DNA from: Octopus sinensis
Taxonomy: Eukaryota
DNA: 63,390 bases
Direction: 5' to 3'
NCBI RefSeq assembly: GCF_006345805.1
Contig: NW_021831831.1
Span: 1-63,390 of the forward strand
Shown: piece by piece, positions 25,283 to 38,504 of the stretch
How the letters are laid out: each line of letters starts with the position of its first letter
Numbering within the stretch: the stretch's first letter is position 1
Notes under the pieces: generated by a model
The model's database searches: none
Told to the model about the DNA's origin: nothing
What the model saw: only the letters and a program-made list of their open reading frames with translations
Made by a program: the position numbers and the translations under genes

Positions 25283-25692
25283 GATTAATGAAAAACAAAA
25301 CCCGTCAAAGGGCAGAGGAACTCTTGAGAGTCAACGGCCATCCAATATCTTAAGGCTGTATCATGCGCGGGGACATAGAAATAATCGCGCGGTTAAACTA
25401 TTGGGAGTGAAGGACTCCTAGCCTTTGTTAGGGCATCCTTCTAGGAGAAGGTAACTCAGGTAACTGGGATAACTCCGACATAAAACCTGCGGCTCAGTGG
25501 TTACCGATGATGTTGACTTTTTCTTCTTTTCGGATTATGGCTGCTGTTGCTTAGTGAGTGTGATTGACTCAGTGCACAGCCTTTCCTCACTTTAAAAAAA
25601 AATCTTCTTGCACAGGCATTGCACGATAACAACATTGATTAAGCTTCGTGCAATGGCCATACTCGATAACGAGGGGGCAGCCACCATGTATG

Positions 25693-25724
<32 letters not shown>

Positions 25725-26093
25725 CATGTGTATGTTTGTATATGTGTGTGTGCGCGCGCGCGTGTGTATGTATATTGGAAACTGAATCTCTTGCCCCACC
25801 CCGGTCACATTCGGTAATCTTTCAAACGACTAAGAAAATGTATTTCTCTTCTTCTCTTTCCCTCTCTCTCTCTGTTACCTTCTCCCTCCATCACTTACTT
25901 TCTCTTTCTCTGAGTTTATGCACGCTTTTTTTTTACACATGTATATATACGTGTGCGGATGTGTGTATGTATGTATGTGAGAGAGACACACACATACATA
26001 TACATATATAGTAAGGATGATTGATGGACATAGATATTTGATTATGTCTACACACACCACGCTCACACGCACGCATATATATATATACATATA

Positions 26094-26177
<84 letters not shown>

Positions 26178-27149
26178 CATATATATGTATATATATATAT
26201 GTATATATATATACATACATATATATATATACATACATACATACATATATACATACATATATATATACATACATACATACGTAGATGTAATCTCTTTTTC
26301 AGTGTATTTGTTATACATAACCTTCTTCTTCTTCTTCTTCTTCTTCTTCCTATCCAGTTAAGTGTCTGTGTGTAATGTTAGTCCCCCTGCTGTGTATTAC
26401 TTCATTGGTATTTAGTCTGCATATATTTTTGTTGTTGTTGCTATAGAGCACTAGTTAACATTCCGTCTGTGTATTTGAACGATGTATATTACTATACCAA
26501 CATATGTCATTTTCCTGGTTTCCAAGCATCGAAGAGTGTGAAATAATATAATTACAAATGCAGTGTAGTGTATATAAGTTACAGCGCCTGTATACGTGTC
26601 TAATAACTGTATATATGTTGTTCGTGCAATTGCATATATCAATGACTCGATTGCAAGTCCGTACAGCAAATGGTAGAGATTATTTTTCCTTCTCTAAAAA
26701 CACTGAATGAAAAATAAGAAAGCACCGAATATCCTATGATGCTGAGAAAAGATATACGATTGATGAAATGTATTTAGGAATAAAGCGACGCCAATGCAGA
26801 GACAGATAAAACTCTGTTTCGTTTGATAACAACGAAACTATTTCTGAAGACAAGTGTGCTAATGAAGAATGAAAGACGGCGACGCAAAGACGTCAGCAGA
26901 ATAGACTGAACCCTGTTTGTGAGACTGAAGAACAAATGAGAGATGTGAAGGAAATGAAAGGATATTTCGACACCTATGAAATGACAGCAATGTTTTTGGA
27001 GATGAAAAGAAATAATAAAGACGATGGCTACCAGGAGATTATTACAGAAATTCTGTTTCAAGTTTGAAAGTTAGAATTAGTTTTATAATAACTATTTCTA
27101 TACATTAAGCAGTGTATTTTAAAATAAATGATGTTATTTAAACTGTATA

Positions 27150-27810
27150 AAGGCGGTAAGTTGGCAGAATCATTACAGCACCGGACTGAACGCTTAGTGG
27201 CATTTCGTCCGTCTTTACGTTCTGAGTTCAAATTCCACTTTGGTCGACTCTATTTTTCATCCTTTGAGCACTGGGGTCGATGTAATCGACTTGCCCCGCT
27301 TTCCCAAAATTTATTCATCTACTCAAGGAGACTGGTTTAGCAAAATCGTAAGAGCTTTGGACAAAATTCTTAGAGGCACTTCTTCGGACTCTTTACATTC
27401 TAATTTCAAATGTCACCGAGGTCGACTTTATTTTTCATCCGCTCGACTTTGATAAAAAGTGTACCCGTTGAACTCTGGGGTCGGATGAAATGCTTCTCGG
27501 TCTGAGCCACCGAGGTTGACTTTGCCTTTCATCCTTTCGAGGCTTATATCATAAGTACCAGTTGAATACTAGGATAGATGTAACAGAGATTTAATGTAGT
27601 TTAGATAAAGTGTTTTGATATGAAGCACCGTTCACTTATTCACTTGTGTGATGTTATTGCCTACGACGTGTGCTATGATATATAAGATATGGTAAGGCGG
27701 CGAGCTGGCAGAACCGTTAGCACGCTGGATGAAATGCTTAGAGGTATTTCGTCTGTCTTTACGTTCTGAGTTCAAATTCCGCCGAGGTCGACTTTGCCAT
27801 TCATCCTTGT
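27150..27810 (+). mobile_element. Cluster of four partial family A SINE copies in tandem
   Basis: Repeated ttcaaat/gaggtcgactt/tttcatcc blocks at about 27150-27310, 27325-27480, 27490-27580 and 27692-27810. Confidence 0.8.
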
Positions 27811-27811
27811 A

Positions 27812-28085
27812 TATTATTTATTTATTTATCTTTATTTGTGCGCCCTTTTCAAGCCTAGCCAGGCTCATGGGCCCGGTTTCTAAAGCGTTACTCAAGAAAC
27901 AGAAACAAAGAGTGAGAGAAGTTGGAGCGAAAGAATACAACAGGGGTCGCCACCACCCCCTGTCGGAGCCTCGTGGAGTTTTTACGTGTTTTCGCTCTAT
28001 TAACACACAACACCCAGTCGGGGAATCGAAACCGCGATCCTCCGACCGCGAGTCCGCTGCCCTAACCACTGGGCCATTGGCCTCC
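27812..28085 (-). mobile_element. Family C SINE with tail D and (AAAT)n end
   Basis: Reverse head gggaatcgaaaccgcgatcctccgaccgcgagtccgctgccctaaccactgggccattg; tail ccgggcccatgagcctggctaggcttgaaaagggcgc. Confidence 0.88.
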
Positions 28086-28231
28086 AATTGCATATTATTA
28101 GGAATTGTATTTAAAAATGTGTTTAAATATTTTGTGTATTGTAGAAATATAAGCAATTATTACACACAAAAACCTCATATGAACCCCCAAGGGGCATATG
28201 GACCCCTGTTGACAACCACTGCTCTAAATGG

Positions 28232-28420
28232 AGATTCAACTTGCAAGAAATAGCAGCCAAATAGCCTTCAATTTATACCTTGCCGTCTTTAAAAAAAGTG
28301 GACCGACTGGATACGATAGTCCTATGAATAAAATACCTGAAAATATGACAGGATGGTCGCGACAGGAAATCTGTTGATTATATAGGTCAGCTCGATCTAG
28401 CCTCACTTGGGATTAACAAA
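28232..28420 (+). mobile_element. Family D retroposon fragment (others: 17925-18030 -, 29352-29510 -, 54030-54385 +, 56335-56450 +, 61905-62105 -)
   Basis: Recurrent blocks gaaatagcagccaaat and ggatggtc...ctttgatcatag.tc...gatc; several copies abut (CAA)n/(GTT)n tracts. Confidence 0.55.
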
Positions 28421-29114
28421 ATAAAACGATATATAAAAACCTAAGGAATGTAAATGAATAAAAGAAAATGGTGCAAGATTCTGCATTAGAACAATGTTAG
28501 AAATATTCTAAGAGCATGAAATAAAACAATCATAACAACATCAATGTTTCATTTTTTTTTTCTTTTAGTTCTATCAATTTCTTTTTTACTTTCTGTTTTT
28601 CTTATCTTTTTGTTTGAATCATGCCACCACAAAAATATTCCGTGTACTTAAATGTTTCAGCATTTATTTATTTGATAAAATAATTTTAATACATTATAAT
28701 TATTTTCAGATGATGTATTATCGCAGTCAAATCACATTTGTTTTAGAATTTTGCTAATACACATTAAAATAAGTATAAATAGATTGTCAAAATTAAAGTC
28801 ATCTGCTTAAAATTATTTCGTGCTACAACAGCAGACGATAGAGAAAAACACCTCATCTCAGCCTCGTTTGGCAAGCATTTGATTTAGTGGAGGGCCTATA
28901 AATATTTTTCATTTTTGTATTTTGTTATGGTTTGGGGGAGAATTTTTTCGAGTTCATATATGTAGAGGAGGTGTAGCGATTATATAAGAAGATTTTTCTG
29001 TTTCAGAACTCGCTTCGAAAAGATCGAGACTGTTTTGTCTCAAACTTTACAGACACGTACTGATAGCGAGGAATTAGTTGGATAAGAGTTATCATCTGCC
29101 CAATTTACCCGAGG

Positions 29115-29348
<234 letters not shown>

Positions 29349-29713
29349 CTTTTTTTTCTTCTTGTTGAGCCGATGTGAGTTCTGATCGACTGTTAACACT
29401 GCATTCGCCAGCGCATCACTGATTTTTAATCTGGTAGGGTCTGATTTGAGGGCGACTTGCTTGATATTCTTAGCAGATCGACCGACTGTGCAGAGGCTTT
29501 CCCGTTAGCACGTTACTTGGGTTACAGCCACTGGACAGTCTCCAAATCAGAACTGTCTGGACTGTAATCTTAAATATCGAAAGGCACGTATTCTAACCAG
29601 GAAGATACCCACGGTTATCTTGTTTCATTGGTTTATAGTACAACGTATTCGACATTCTTGTGCGGCATTTGTAGGTGGAAGGAAATGAAAAACGTGACCA
29701 GGCAATAAGAGTC

Positions 29714-29815
29714 TAAGAAGCTGTTAGTTCACAGCTGAAGGTACATGAGTGACGCAAAAATAAGAAGCTGTTAGTTCACAGCTGAAGGTATATGAGTGAC
29801 GCAAAAATAAGAAGC
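29714..29815. repeat. 47 bp tandem duplication (x2.2)
   Basis: taagaagctgttagttcacagctgaaggta(c/t)atgagtgacgcaaaaa, one mismatch between copies. Confidence 0.95.
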
Positions 29816-30204
29816 GATTTTTTATATGTGGCTCCGTTGTGAAAAGCTTTTCTTTAAAAAAAAATGGGGTAAAATGGTGAAGGGATAAATTGTATAAAGT
29901 GCGAGACCGCGTTCCAATGCAAACCTTGCAAAACAGTAATTGTGTTATAACTATTTCCGTTTCCACTAGACCCTATAAGAAAAAAGGAATCGTTTCTCTA
30001 AGTGACTTACTAAGAACCGAAAGACTCCGGGATTTTTTTCAGTTTCCTTAAGATAAGGTATCTTTCAATAAAATTCATTAAAATATTGTTTATTTAATAT
30101 AATGGTATTCACGATTTTGAAAATATTAATATATTCTCTCGGTAAAGCAATTCTTGTTTTATTTAATATCTAAGTAACTTTTTTGGTATCAACTGATTTG
30201 ATAC

Positions 30205-30672
30205 TATTGCTGGTTCTATGATACAAACTTTCTGTATTCAAAATATTCCATCAAAAATTTCAATTTATTTTATATTCCAAACACCAGTTTGACAATCAGC
30301 AGTGTTGAGTCGGCGGTGGTGAGTCGGCGGCGGTGTGTCGGCGGTGGTGAGTCGGCGGTGGTGTGACGGCGGTGTTGAGTCGGCGGTGGTGAGTTGTCCC
30401 TATTCGAACTTAACAACGACAAAGCTATTTTGTTAAATTCTTCATAATTTTCATAATTAATCCAAACAAAAGAAATATACTTCAAAAGAAATATGGATTC
30501 AAAAGTATTCAAGTGATTTACATTAAAACTTTCCATCAAAATTTCATGTTAATCTTATTTCATTCCAAACACCAGTTTAACAATGAGAACGTTATTTTAC
30601 TAAATTATTTTTCGTTATGAAGTGAAACAAAGGCAGTAAATTTCAACGGAAATATGGCAACGACAGGGTTAA
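30205..30672 (-). mobile_element. TTAA/CCC-terminated MITE-like element (piggyBac-type end), partly duplicated
   Basis: Ends ...cgacagggttaa (30672); block ccatcaaaa.tttca...attccaaacaccagttt.acaat occurs twice (about 30248-30297 and 30534-30583). Confidence 0.45.
30307..30394. repeat. GC-rich 14 bp minisatellite (gagtcggcggtggt x6.3)
   Basis: Direct reading. Confidence 0.95.
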
Positions 30673-30769
30673 AATGAAGCGAGATGTTGACTATGCTAAG
30701 TTGGTAGGGATTCCATAACTTTAGAAGCATTTTGCTCATACAAGATGTTCCATAAGAAAATTAGTTTGG

Positions 30770-30868
30770 GACATGGAGAATATAGCATAAGACATGGAGA
30801 ATATAGCATAAGACATGGAGAATATAGCATAAGACATGGAGAATATAGCATAAGACATGGAGAATATA
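30770..30868. repeat. 21 bp perfect tandem repeat (gacatggagaatatagcataa x4.7)
   Basis: Direct reading. Confidence 0.95.
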
Positions 30869-31331
30869 CCAACGAGGAAATTTAAAAACGTTTCATAATG
30901 CCATCATTACCATTTCCAGCCCCATGTCAATTATTTATTTCACGATATCTTCGTTTTAAATTCCGGTACTTCACAATAACATCGCTCTCACAGACTTTAA
31001 TTCAATAATTTTTGTGACAGTCACCAACACGGTGCAGTACTTCCAACTGTATGCTAACAAGACATGCTTACACGCCAGTAGACACCATTCGGAATTGTAT
31101 CGTTACACATTGACACCGGCGAATTCTCCCCTCGAGTCTTCACAGCATATAACCTACCTACACAACGCTGCCCCATCCCCCGCCATCTTTATGTTAACAA
31201 TACATTCTTACAGGGCTACAGACCTCACCAACCCATGTGTTAACAATACAGGATGAGACATCAGTATTTTTAAGCCATATGCTAGCAATACAGCTTTACA
31301 GTGCAGTTCTCACTGGTTCTGTCTTCAGAAT

Positions 31332-31413
<82 letters not shown>

Positions 31414-31603
31414 ATGTACGTATATATATATGTATGTGTGTGTGTGTGTATGAATGTATTTATGTATATACAATTTTACTTCCTGCACATTACCTAGACA
31501 CTGATCTACTCCCACTGTATAGATATATGTGTGTGTGTGAGTATGTGTGTATGTATATATGCATGTATATACATATATATGCATGTATGTATATAGATAT
31601 ATG

Positions 31604-31639
<36 letters not shown>

Positions 31640-31974
31640 ATATACATGCATGTATAATGTATGTATACATTTCTGCAAAGAAATGGATATACATGTGTGT
31701 GTGTGAATGTATATGTGTAATATAAATGTATGTGCATATGTGTATATTCCATTTTGCCACAATACATATTCAGTTATTTGTTAAACAACCCACTACTTGA
31801 GTATCCACAACCAGTATGGCTGTGCGGTTAAGAATTTCGCTTCGCTACCGAGTGGCTTTTGGTTCTGTCCCACTACACGGCACCTTAAACAAATGTGTTT
31901 TATTACAGCCCGGAGTGGCCAATGCCTAGTGAGTGAAACTGTGTGAAATGCTGTCATGTGCTTGTTTATATATA

Positions 31975-32052
<78 letters not shown>

Positions 32053-32442
32053 AAAAAATATTATTTTATTTATTTCTTTAAAAATATTGTTTAACTCTAT
32101 TTGCTTCTTTATTTAACTATTATCATTAACCTGAAGATTGACTATAATTTTAGTTCGAATTTATTTCAATTGAATTTAATCTTAATTATAATTTGAATTT
32201 AATTATAGCCATGAAACGTACGTAGTGTTTTTACTTATTATATTATATTTACTATTCTTTTTATACTTTTAGGTTAAAAATTGTTTTTTAAATTTTTAAA
32301 AATTTAATTTTATATTTTATATATATATTATATATTATATTAATTATATTTATATTATTTGTTATTTATGTATTGGTTTATGTCTATCACTGTTTGAGTT
32401 GCCTAATTGTGGTTTTATCTCTAATTCATATTTTATATATAC

Positions 32443-32495
<53 letters not shown>

Positions 32496-32505
32496 ATATA
32501 TATTA

Positions 32506-32536
<31 letters not shown>

Positions 32537-32544
32537 TATATATA

Positions 32545-33050
32545 TATACCTACATATATATATCAACCATGAATCAGATGTCTTCCTTGCATCCTGGTGT
32601 CGGTTTGCCAAGACTCTTAAGTCCCCTTTCTGTTGTCTTGCATACATTCAGCAAGAATCTTTTTTCTAGCTCATTCTTTGATGTCGTCAGTTTACAAATG
32701 TCTTTGAAAGCCTCTTGCTCTCTTCCCTTCCGCACTTTCTGTCAGCATGGCCTCGGGCAATGACGTGTGGCGCATTTTAGATTCGAAACCTGATAGCATT
32801 GTGGACTTGATTCTCTTTCAGCTTTTCCTGTCCTGTAACGCTTGTCACTTCATCTTTCCAATTTATCACGTCCAATCAGCGAAAGATCCACATTTCAAGG
32901 TCTTCAAATTTCTTTTCCATTACTTTCTAAATTCTCCAAGTTTCTGCCCCGTGAAAAGCAATTGGCATAATATAAGAATTTATTACTTTCAGTTTAAAGA
33001 GTGGCATTCTGTCATTTGAGGAGATCTTTTTTGTTTTAATAAATATTTTG
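32545..33050 (-). mobile_element. RTE-clade LINE 3' fragment (RT C-terminus)
   Basis: LKVINSYIMPIAFHGAETWRI*KVMEKKFEDLEMWIFR*LDVINWKDEVT ... EGKRARG...TDDIK: canonical RTE GAETW / FEMW / I.W.D.VT / EGKR.RGR motifs. Confidence 0.8.
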
Positions 33051-33084
33051 AGGCAATGTCCAAGAATAGGACATAGAATTTTTA

Positions 33085-33200
33085 CCAGCTGAGTGGACTG
33101 GAGCATCGTGAAATAAAGTGTCTTGCTCAAAAGTTCAACGCGGCGAAGGGAATCGAACTCACAACCTTTATACTCTAACCATTTAACCGTGCGCCTTCAC
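33085..33200 (-). mobile_element. Family E SINE head/core
   Basis: gctgagtggactggagcatcgtgaaataaagtgtcttgctcaa core; gggaatcgaactc reverse B-box; tgcgccttcac 5' end. Confidence 0.75.
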
Positions 33201-34056
33201 ACATCTTGTGAACATAAGGAAAACAAAGTCTCGATGCAAAAGAAAGACAATAAATTCATTTATATATTTAGACAATACAAAACTCCCCATATGTCTTGCG
33301 AGATCAACGGCATTGTGTGTATGTGTGTGTACGTATGCATGTGTGTATGTGTGTGAAGAGGAATGTGTCTTTGTGTACGTATACAAATATGCATGTGGGC
33401 ACGTGCAGACGTGTGTGCCTGGCTGCATGTTTTATAAATTTTACTCAGGAATATACGCATAAACTTTCAAGTGTTCACACCAGAAGAATACTCTTGACTC
33501 ACACAACTGGACAGTCATCGTTTTAAACAGTAGAAATATCCTGTTACCCATTGCCGACATTTGTTTAAAGAAAAGATCTTGTTAGTTTTGATAAAAAAAA
33601 TATTTTCAGGTTGTTAACCTCAACTTTTCTATTATTTCGTATTCATTCTTGTTGATATTCAGTCGAGTTCTTTTTCTCCTTTAAGTGTTTTCTTATATTT
33701 TTTGTGTGTCCCCGGCAGCATTGTCTCTATTCATTGTTTATAAACCTCACGAAATAAAAATTCATAAGTTGATCTCTGACCTAAACACATAACCATACAC
33801 AGAGTGTCTTAATTCAAAACGTTCAAAACCTTGGCTTCTTACAAAAGAATTTCGTTAAAAAAAAAAAGAAAAAAGTGCAGATCGGTTATCATTAAACAAT
33901 GTAATGAACTTTATTTGAATGAATCGATCCCAGAACTTATGTTTTTTTTGTTTTTTTTAGCCTGATACTTATTCTATTGGTTTCTTTAGCAGGACTAAGT
34001 TATGGAAATATAAACACACCAACACCGGTTGTTAAGTGGTGATGAGACACACACAC

Positions 34057-34172
<116 letters not shown>

Positions 34173-34463
34173 GGAGGCGCAATGGCCCAGTGGTTAGGGC
34201 AGCGGACTCGCGGTCGTAGGATCGCGGTTTCGATTCCCAGACCGGGCGCTGTGAGTGTTTATTGAGCGAAAACACCTAAAGCTCCACGAGGCTCCGGCAG
34301 GGGGTGGGTGGCGATTCCTGCTGTACTCTTTCACCACAACTTTCTCTCACTCTTTCTTCTGTTGGCCTGCGGGGTGCCGTCATTTGAAGGCTAAAACAAT
34401 GCGAAGACGAACGATGTGTAGCAACATTTGATAGCCTGGTCGGTCACGGTGATCACGGTGATA
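34173..34463 (+). mobile_element. Family C SINE with tail B (lone tail B also at 50385-50480)
   Basis: ggaggcgcaatggcccagtggttagggcagcggactcgcgg head; tail gttggcctgc...ggctaaaacaatgcgaag...cgatgtgtagcaacat...gatcacggtgata. Confidence 0.9.
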
Positions 34464-34478
34464 TATATACATATATAT

Positions 34479-34649
34479 GCTGTGATGTAAGTAGCTTGCT
34501 TACCAACCACATGGTTCCGGGTTCAGTCTCACTGCGTGGCATCTTGAGCAAGTGTCTTCTGCTATAGCTCCGGGCCGACCAATGCCTTGTGAGTGGATTT
34601 GGTAGACGGAAACTGAAAGAAGCCTGTCGTATATATGTATATATATATG

Positions 34650-34691
<42 letters not shown>

Positions 34692-34878
34692 TGTGTCTGT
34701 GTTTGTCCCCCTAGCATTGCTTGACAACCGATGCTGGTGTGTTTACGTCCCCGTCACTTAGCGGTTCAAAGAGACCGATAGAATAAGTACTGGGCTTACA
34801 AAGAATAAGTCCCGGCGGTGCTCCAGCATGGCCGCAGTCAAATGACTGAAACAAGTAAAAGAGTAAAAGAGTAAAGAG
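34479..34878 (+). mobile_element. Family B SINE, near full length
   Basis: All modules present, ending gtaaaagagtaaaagag. Confidence 0.9.
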
Positions 34879-34900
34879 AAAGAGAGTATGCGACAGGAGT

Positions 34901-35030
34901 TTACAGTTTCCGTCTAACAAATCCACTCAAGGCTTTGGTCAGTCCGGGGCTGTAGTAAAAGACACTTGCCCAAGGTGTCATGCAATGGTACTGAACCCGG
35001 AACCAAATGGTTCTTCTTACCACACATCCG
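34901..35030 (-). mobile_element. Family B SINE head/core fragment
   Basis: Reverse core aatccactcaaggctttggtc...gacacttgcccaaggtg and ctgaacccggaacc. Confidence 0.8.
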
Positions 35031-35113
35031 CGCAACGCATTTTTCCTTTGAAAATCTCACAACAAAACAATGTTTTATAACATGATGTTTATTGCAGAAA
35101 GCAAGAGATGTTT

Positions 35114-35227
35114 GTCACATTTGGCCGAGTGGTCTAAGGCGCCCGACTCAAGGATAATTTCTTTAACCAAAATAATAAGTATTCTGATCTGCGAATGTGG
35201 GTGTGGGTTTGAACTCCACTTCTGACA
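35114..35227 (+). tRNA. Intron-containing tRNA-Leu(CAA), probable pseudogene
   Basis: tggccgagtggtctaaggcg D-arm; anticodon CAA 35149-51; 29 nt intron 35153-35181 at canonical 37/38; long variable arm; T-arm gtggg-tttgaac-tccac; ttctgaca end; TTTTT terminator 35234-38; mismatches in acceptor and anticodon stems, and TTCGA changed to TTTGA. Confidence 0.85.
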
Positions 35228-35242
35228 AGCATCTTTTTAGCT

Positions 35243-35611
35243 GCAGGCGTGGCTGTGTGGTAAGAAGCTTGCTTCCCGACCACATGGTTCCGGGTTCATT
35301 CCCGCTGCGTGGCACCTTGGGCAAGTGTCTGCTACTATAACCCTAGGCTGATCAAAGCCTTATGAGTGCATTTGATAGACGGAAACTGAAAGTAGCCCGT
35401 CGTATATGTGTGTGCGTGTATGTGCCTCTGTGTTTGTCCCTCACCATTGAATCATTGTTTACATCCCCATAACTCAGCGATTCAGTAACAGACATCGATA
35501 GAATAACTAGAAAGTTTAATAAAATAAATACCAGCGTCGATTCGTTCGACTAAGATTCTTCAAAGCAGTGCCCCAGGATGGCTGCAGTCCAGTAACTGAA
35601 ACAAGAAAAAG
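35243..35611 (+). mobile_element. Family B SINE, full length, diverged
   Basis: gcaggcgtggctgtgtggtaagaagcttgcttccc head through gactgaaacaag tail. Confidence 0.88.
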
Positions 35612-35654
35612 ATGAAAGACGTTTTCTTGTGTTTTGAGGAGTTTTTAAAAAATT

Positions 35655-35937
35655 TCTTTTTATGTCTTTATTGCCCACAGGCGGCTAAACATAGAGGTGA
35701 CAAACAAGGACAGACAAAGAAATACAAGGGGCTAAACACAGAGGACAAACAAGGACAGACAAACGGATTAAGTCGATTATATCGACCCCAGTACGTAACT
35801 GGTACTTATTTAATTGACCCTGAAAGGATGAAAGGCAAAGTCGATCTGGGTGGAATTTGAACTCAGAACGTAGCGGCAGACGAAATACGGCTACGCATTT
35901 CGCCCGGCATGCTAACGATTCTACCAGCTCGCCGCCC
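35655..35937 (-). mobile_element. Family A SINE with tail 2 (tail duplicated)
   Basis: Two successive gctaaaca.agagg..acaaacaaggacagacaaa tail blocks, then Meta-like core and agctcgccgcc 5' end. Confidence 0.88.
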
Positions 35938-36275
35938 TTTTTTAAAATTTTTATTGGTTAGTCCGGAGGTAATATAGTGCTCATGACCTTCTTTAGGGCC
36001 GCCGGAACCTGCAGGAAGAAGAAAGGAAGGTACCCCTAACCCAGGAACCTGACCAGAATGCTTCTTTATTTGCTTGTGGTGGCATTCACCCGGGATGGGT
36101 TGAGCCTATCGACGCCAAGTGCATGAAAATGTAGTTAACCTCGGCAGGATTAGAACTCAACGAGCCGAGTATCAGAACATATTTACTGTGAGACACTCCA
36201 GTTCCTTATTGGCAAAAAATCTTGAAATAAACTGAATAATCACATACACATATATGTGTGTGTGTGCGTGTGTGT

Positions 36276-36349
<74 letters not shown>

Positions 36350-36386
36350 GTATGTATATATACAAATACATATACATATATATATC

Positions 36387-36436
<50 letters not shown>

Positions 36437-36444
36437 ATGTATAT

Positions 36445-36612
36445 ATACGACGGGCTTCTTTCAGTTTCCGTCTACCAAATCCACTCACAAGGCTTTGGTC
36501 GGCTTGAGGTTATAGTAGAAGACACTTACCTAAGGTGCCACACAGTGGGACTGTACCAGGAGTCATGTGGTCGGAATGCAAGTTTCTTACCACACAACCA
36601 AGCCTGCGCCTG
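36445..36612 (-). mobile_element. Family B SINE head/core
   Basis: Matches 1385-1543; abuts the TA/TG array. Confidence 0.85.
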
Positions 36613-37265
36613 TGTATATGTATATATTTCTTTTGTGTAGACACACGTCTTTTGGTGTATAGATGCGTGTGTACATATATGGCGCCGAGTGGACCTGATG
36701 TAGAAATGAAGCGAAAACTATCTTCAGCTGTCGTTTTGTGTTTGTTGCTTCTGGGTGAGCCTCTGAACGTCGTAAAAATGACTCACGTACGAACATCGAT
36801 GCTTATATTCCAATAATGGCCTTGTCTAGTACGGCACGTATGCAGAGAATCATCAGATAAGTATTTAGAGAGCTGTTGCTTGTGTGTCTGTGAGTGTCTG
36901 TGCGTGGTATGTGCGCGTGTATGTGTGTGCATGTCTGTATGTGCGCGCGTATGTGTGTGTGTGCATGTGTACGTGTGTGTGTTTGTGCGCGTGTGTATGT
37001 GTATGTGTGTGTGTGCGTGTGTATGTTTGTGTGCGTGTGTATACGTGTGTGCGTGTGTATACGTGTGTGCGTGTGTATACGTGTGTGCGTGTGTGTGTAT
37101 TTGTGTGTATGTATGTATGTGTGTGTACATGTGTATATATGTGGTGTGTGTGTGTCTTTATAATTATTTGATGCTTTGCTGAACTACATTGTAAAACAGG
37201 AAATCATTAATATCAGATTTATAACGAATTGTAATTATTATTATTATTATTATTATTATTATAGT

Positions 37266-37450
37266 GAAGGCGGCAAGCTGGCAGAATGCTGCTAAGCATT
37301 TTCTCTTTACGCTCCAAGTTCGAATTCCGCTGAGGTCGACTTTGCCTTTCGTCCCTTCCGGTTCGATAAAATAAGGACCACTTGAGCACAGGGTTCGATG
37401 CAATCGGCTAACCCCCGCCTCCGAAACTGCTAGCCTTGTCAAAATTTGAA
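37266..37450 (+). mobile_element. Family A SINE
   Basis: aaggcggcaagctggcagaat head; gttcgaattccgc B-box; gcctttcgtcccttccggttcgataaaataag core. Confidence 0.85.
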
Positions 37451-37454
37451 ACAA

Positions 37455-38504
37455 TTGGAAGCTGTCTCTGAAGAATCAGGAGGAAGTGGCGAATGCGTAC
37501 ATCGCTTCCATCATCTACTACCATCTGATCGCCGTCCCTTTCCCTGTTTATGGATAATCAAGCTAGAGTTCTTGCTCTTCTGCTTTCTGTAGAAGGGACG
37601 TTGTCTGCTCGTCAGACGAACTATCTGCTGTCAGCAGCCACTGAGTGGATCACTAGGCACGCCGTGGCTACTGATGCACAGGCAAACACTAAGGCTGCGT
37701 CATCTCCAGCGTTTCTTTGACGGTGAGCAGGTGTGGTCACCGTCAGTCAGGCAAGAGCTACAGTCCTGGATCGAGCGTAGATCGAGGAAGGGTGCTTGGC
37801 ACCTGGAATGTCGGAAAAACGCTCACAGCCATCGGTGAAAATTCCACAGCGAAGTTCTATAGAGAAATATTGGCGAGCAAGAGCGACGTTGTCCTCGAGG
37901 AAACTCTGGGCGCGGGGAGGGATCAATTAGGTGATCTTTTCCGAAGGACTTTCGGGCTGTATCCTATGAATAATTTCCAGAAATTCTTGGCCTGGCAGTG
38001 TTACCGGAGAACTCTGCCGGTTCGAGATGAGGTGTACAGGCACGAAAGTGCTGTCAGACGGACGTGTCCAAACTATTCTGCACGCACTCACCTAGTGTCC
38101 GAACATTGCTGATGTGTGGAACTTTGTCGAACAGCTGTTGACGTGTGTAGGACCGAGTCCACCGTGAGGAAGACCCTTCCACCTTCTTTTTGATGAAAAG
38201 TGGATGAATGTAACGAAGATGATCCGTATACATAGGCCTACTCTGAGCGTGCGGCTGTAGGCCGGAGGGAATAGAGATGTGGGAAGTACTAGACCGAGGT
38301 GTTCGGAGTGTCCAGAATGCGTGGGGTTCGTTGTTTGCCTCTGGAGGGGGGGATTCCCTACTTATGGAGAATTTTATTGTTTGAATTTTTCTTAATTGCT
38401 ATTGTTTGTTACTCTTTATACGCACTAAATGTTAATCCCCACAGTCCTTTGTGTTGTATCACCCTTTGTTTTGGGGTGTGGCCCTTGTGACCAATAAAGA
38501 AAAG
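37455..38504 (+). mobile_element. L1/Tx1-clade LINE 3' fragment (RT C-terminus, zf-RVT-like region, 3'UTR)
   Basis: LSLKNQEEVANAYIASIIYYHLIAVPFP; LRHLQRFFDGEQVW; NFQKFLAWQCYRRTLPVRDEVYRH....TCP; CPNIADVWNFVEQLL; ends cccttgtgaccaataaagaaaag. Confidence 0.8.

Noticed and set aside
25415-25451. CTCCTAG/CTAGGAG plus CCTT/AAGG pseudoknot as an HDV-like or twister ribozyme
   Set aside because: The helix order does not fit either fold and both loops would be zero-length; it is probably part of an RTE-related repeat.
26810-27065. Open acidic/charged reading stretch (…CETEEQMRDVKEMKGYFDTYEM…)
   Set aside because: Upstream in-frame stop, no clear splice sites and no family recognised.
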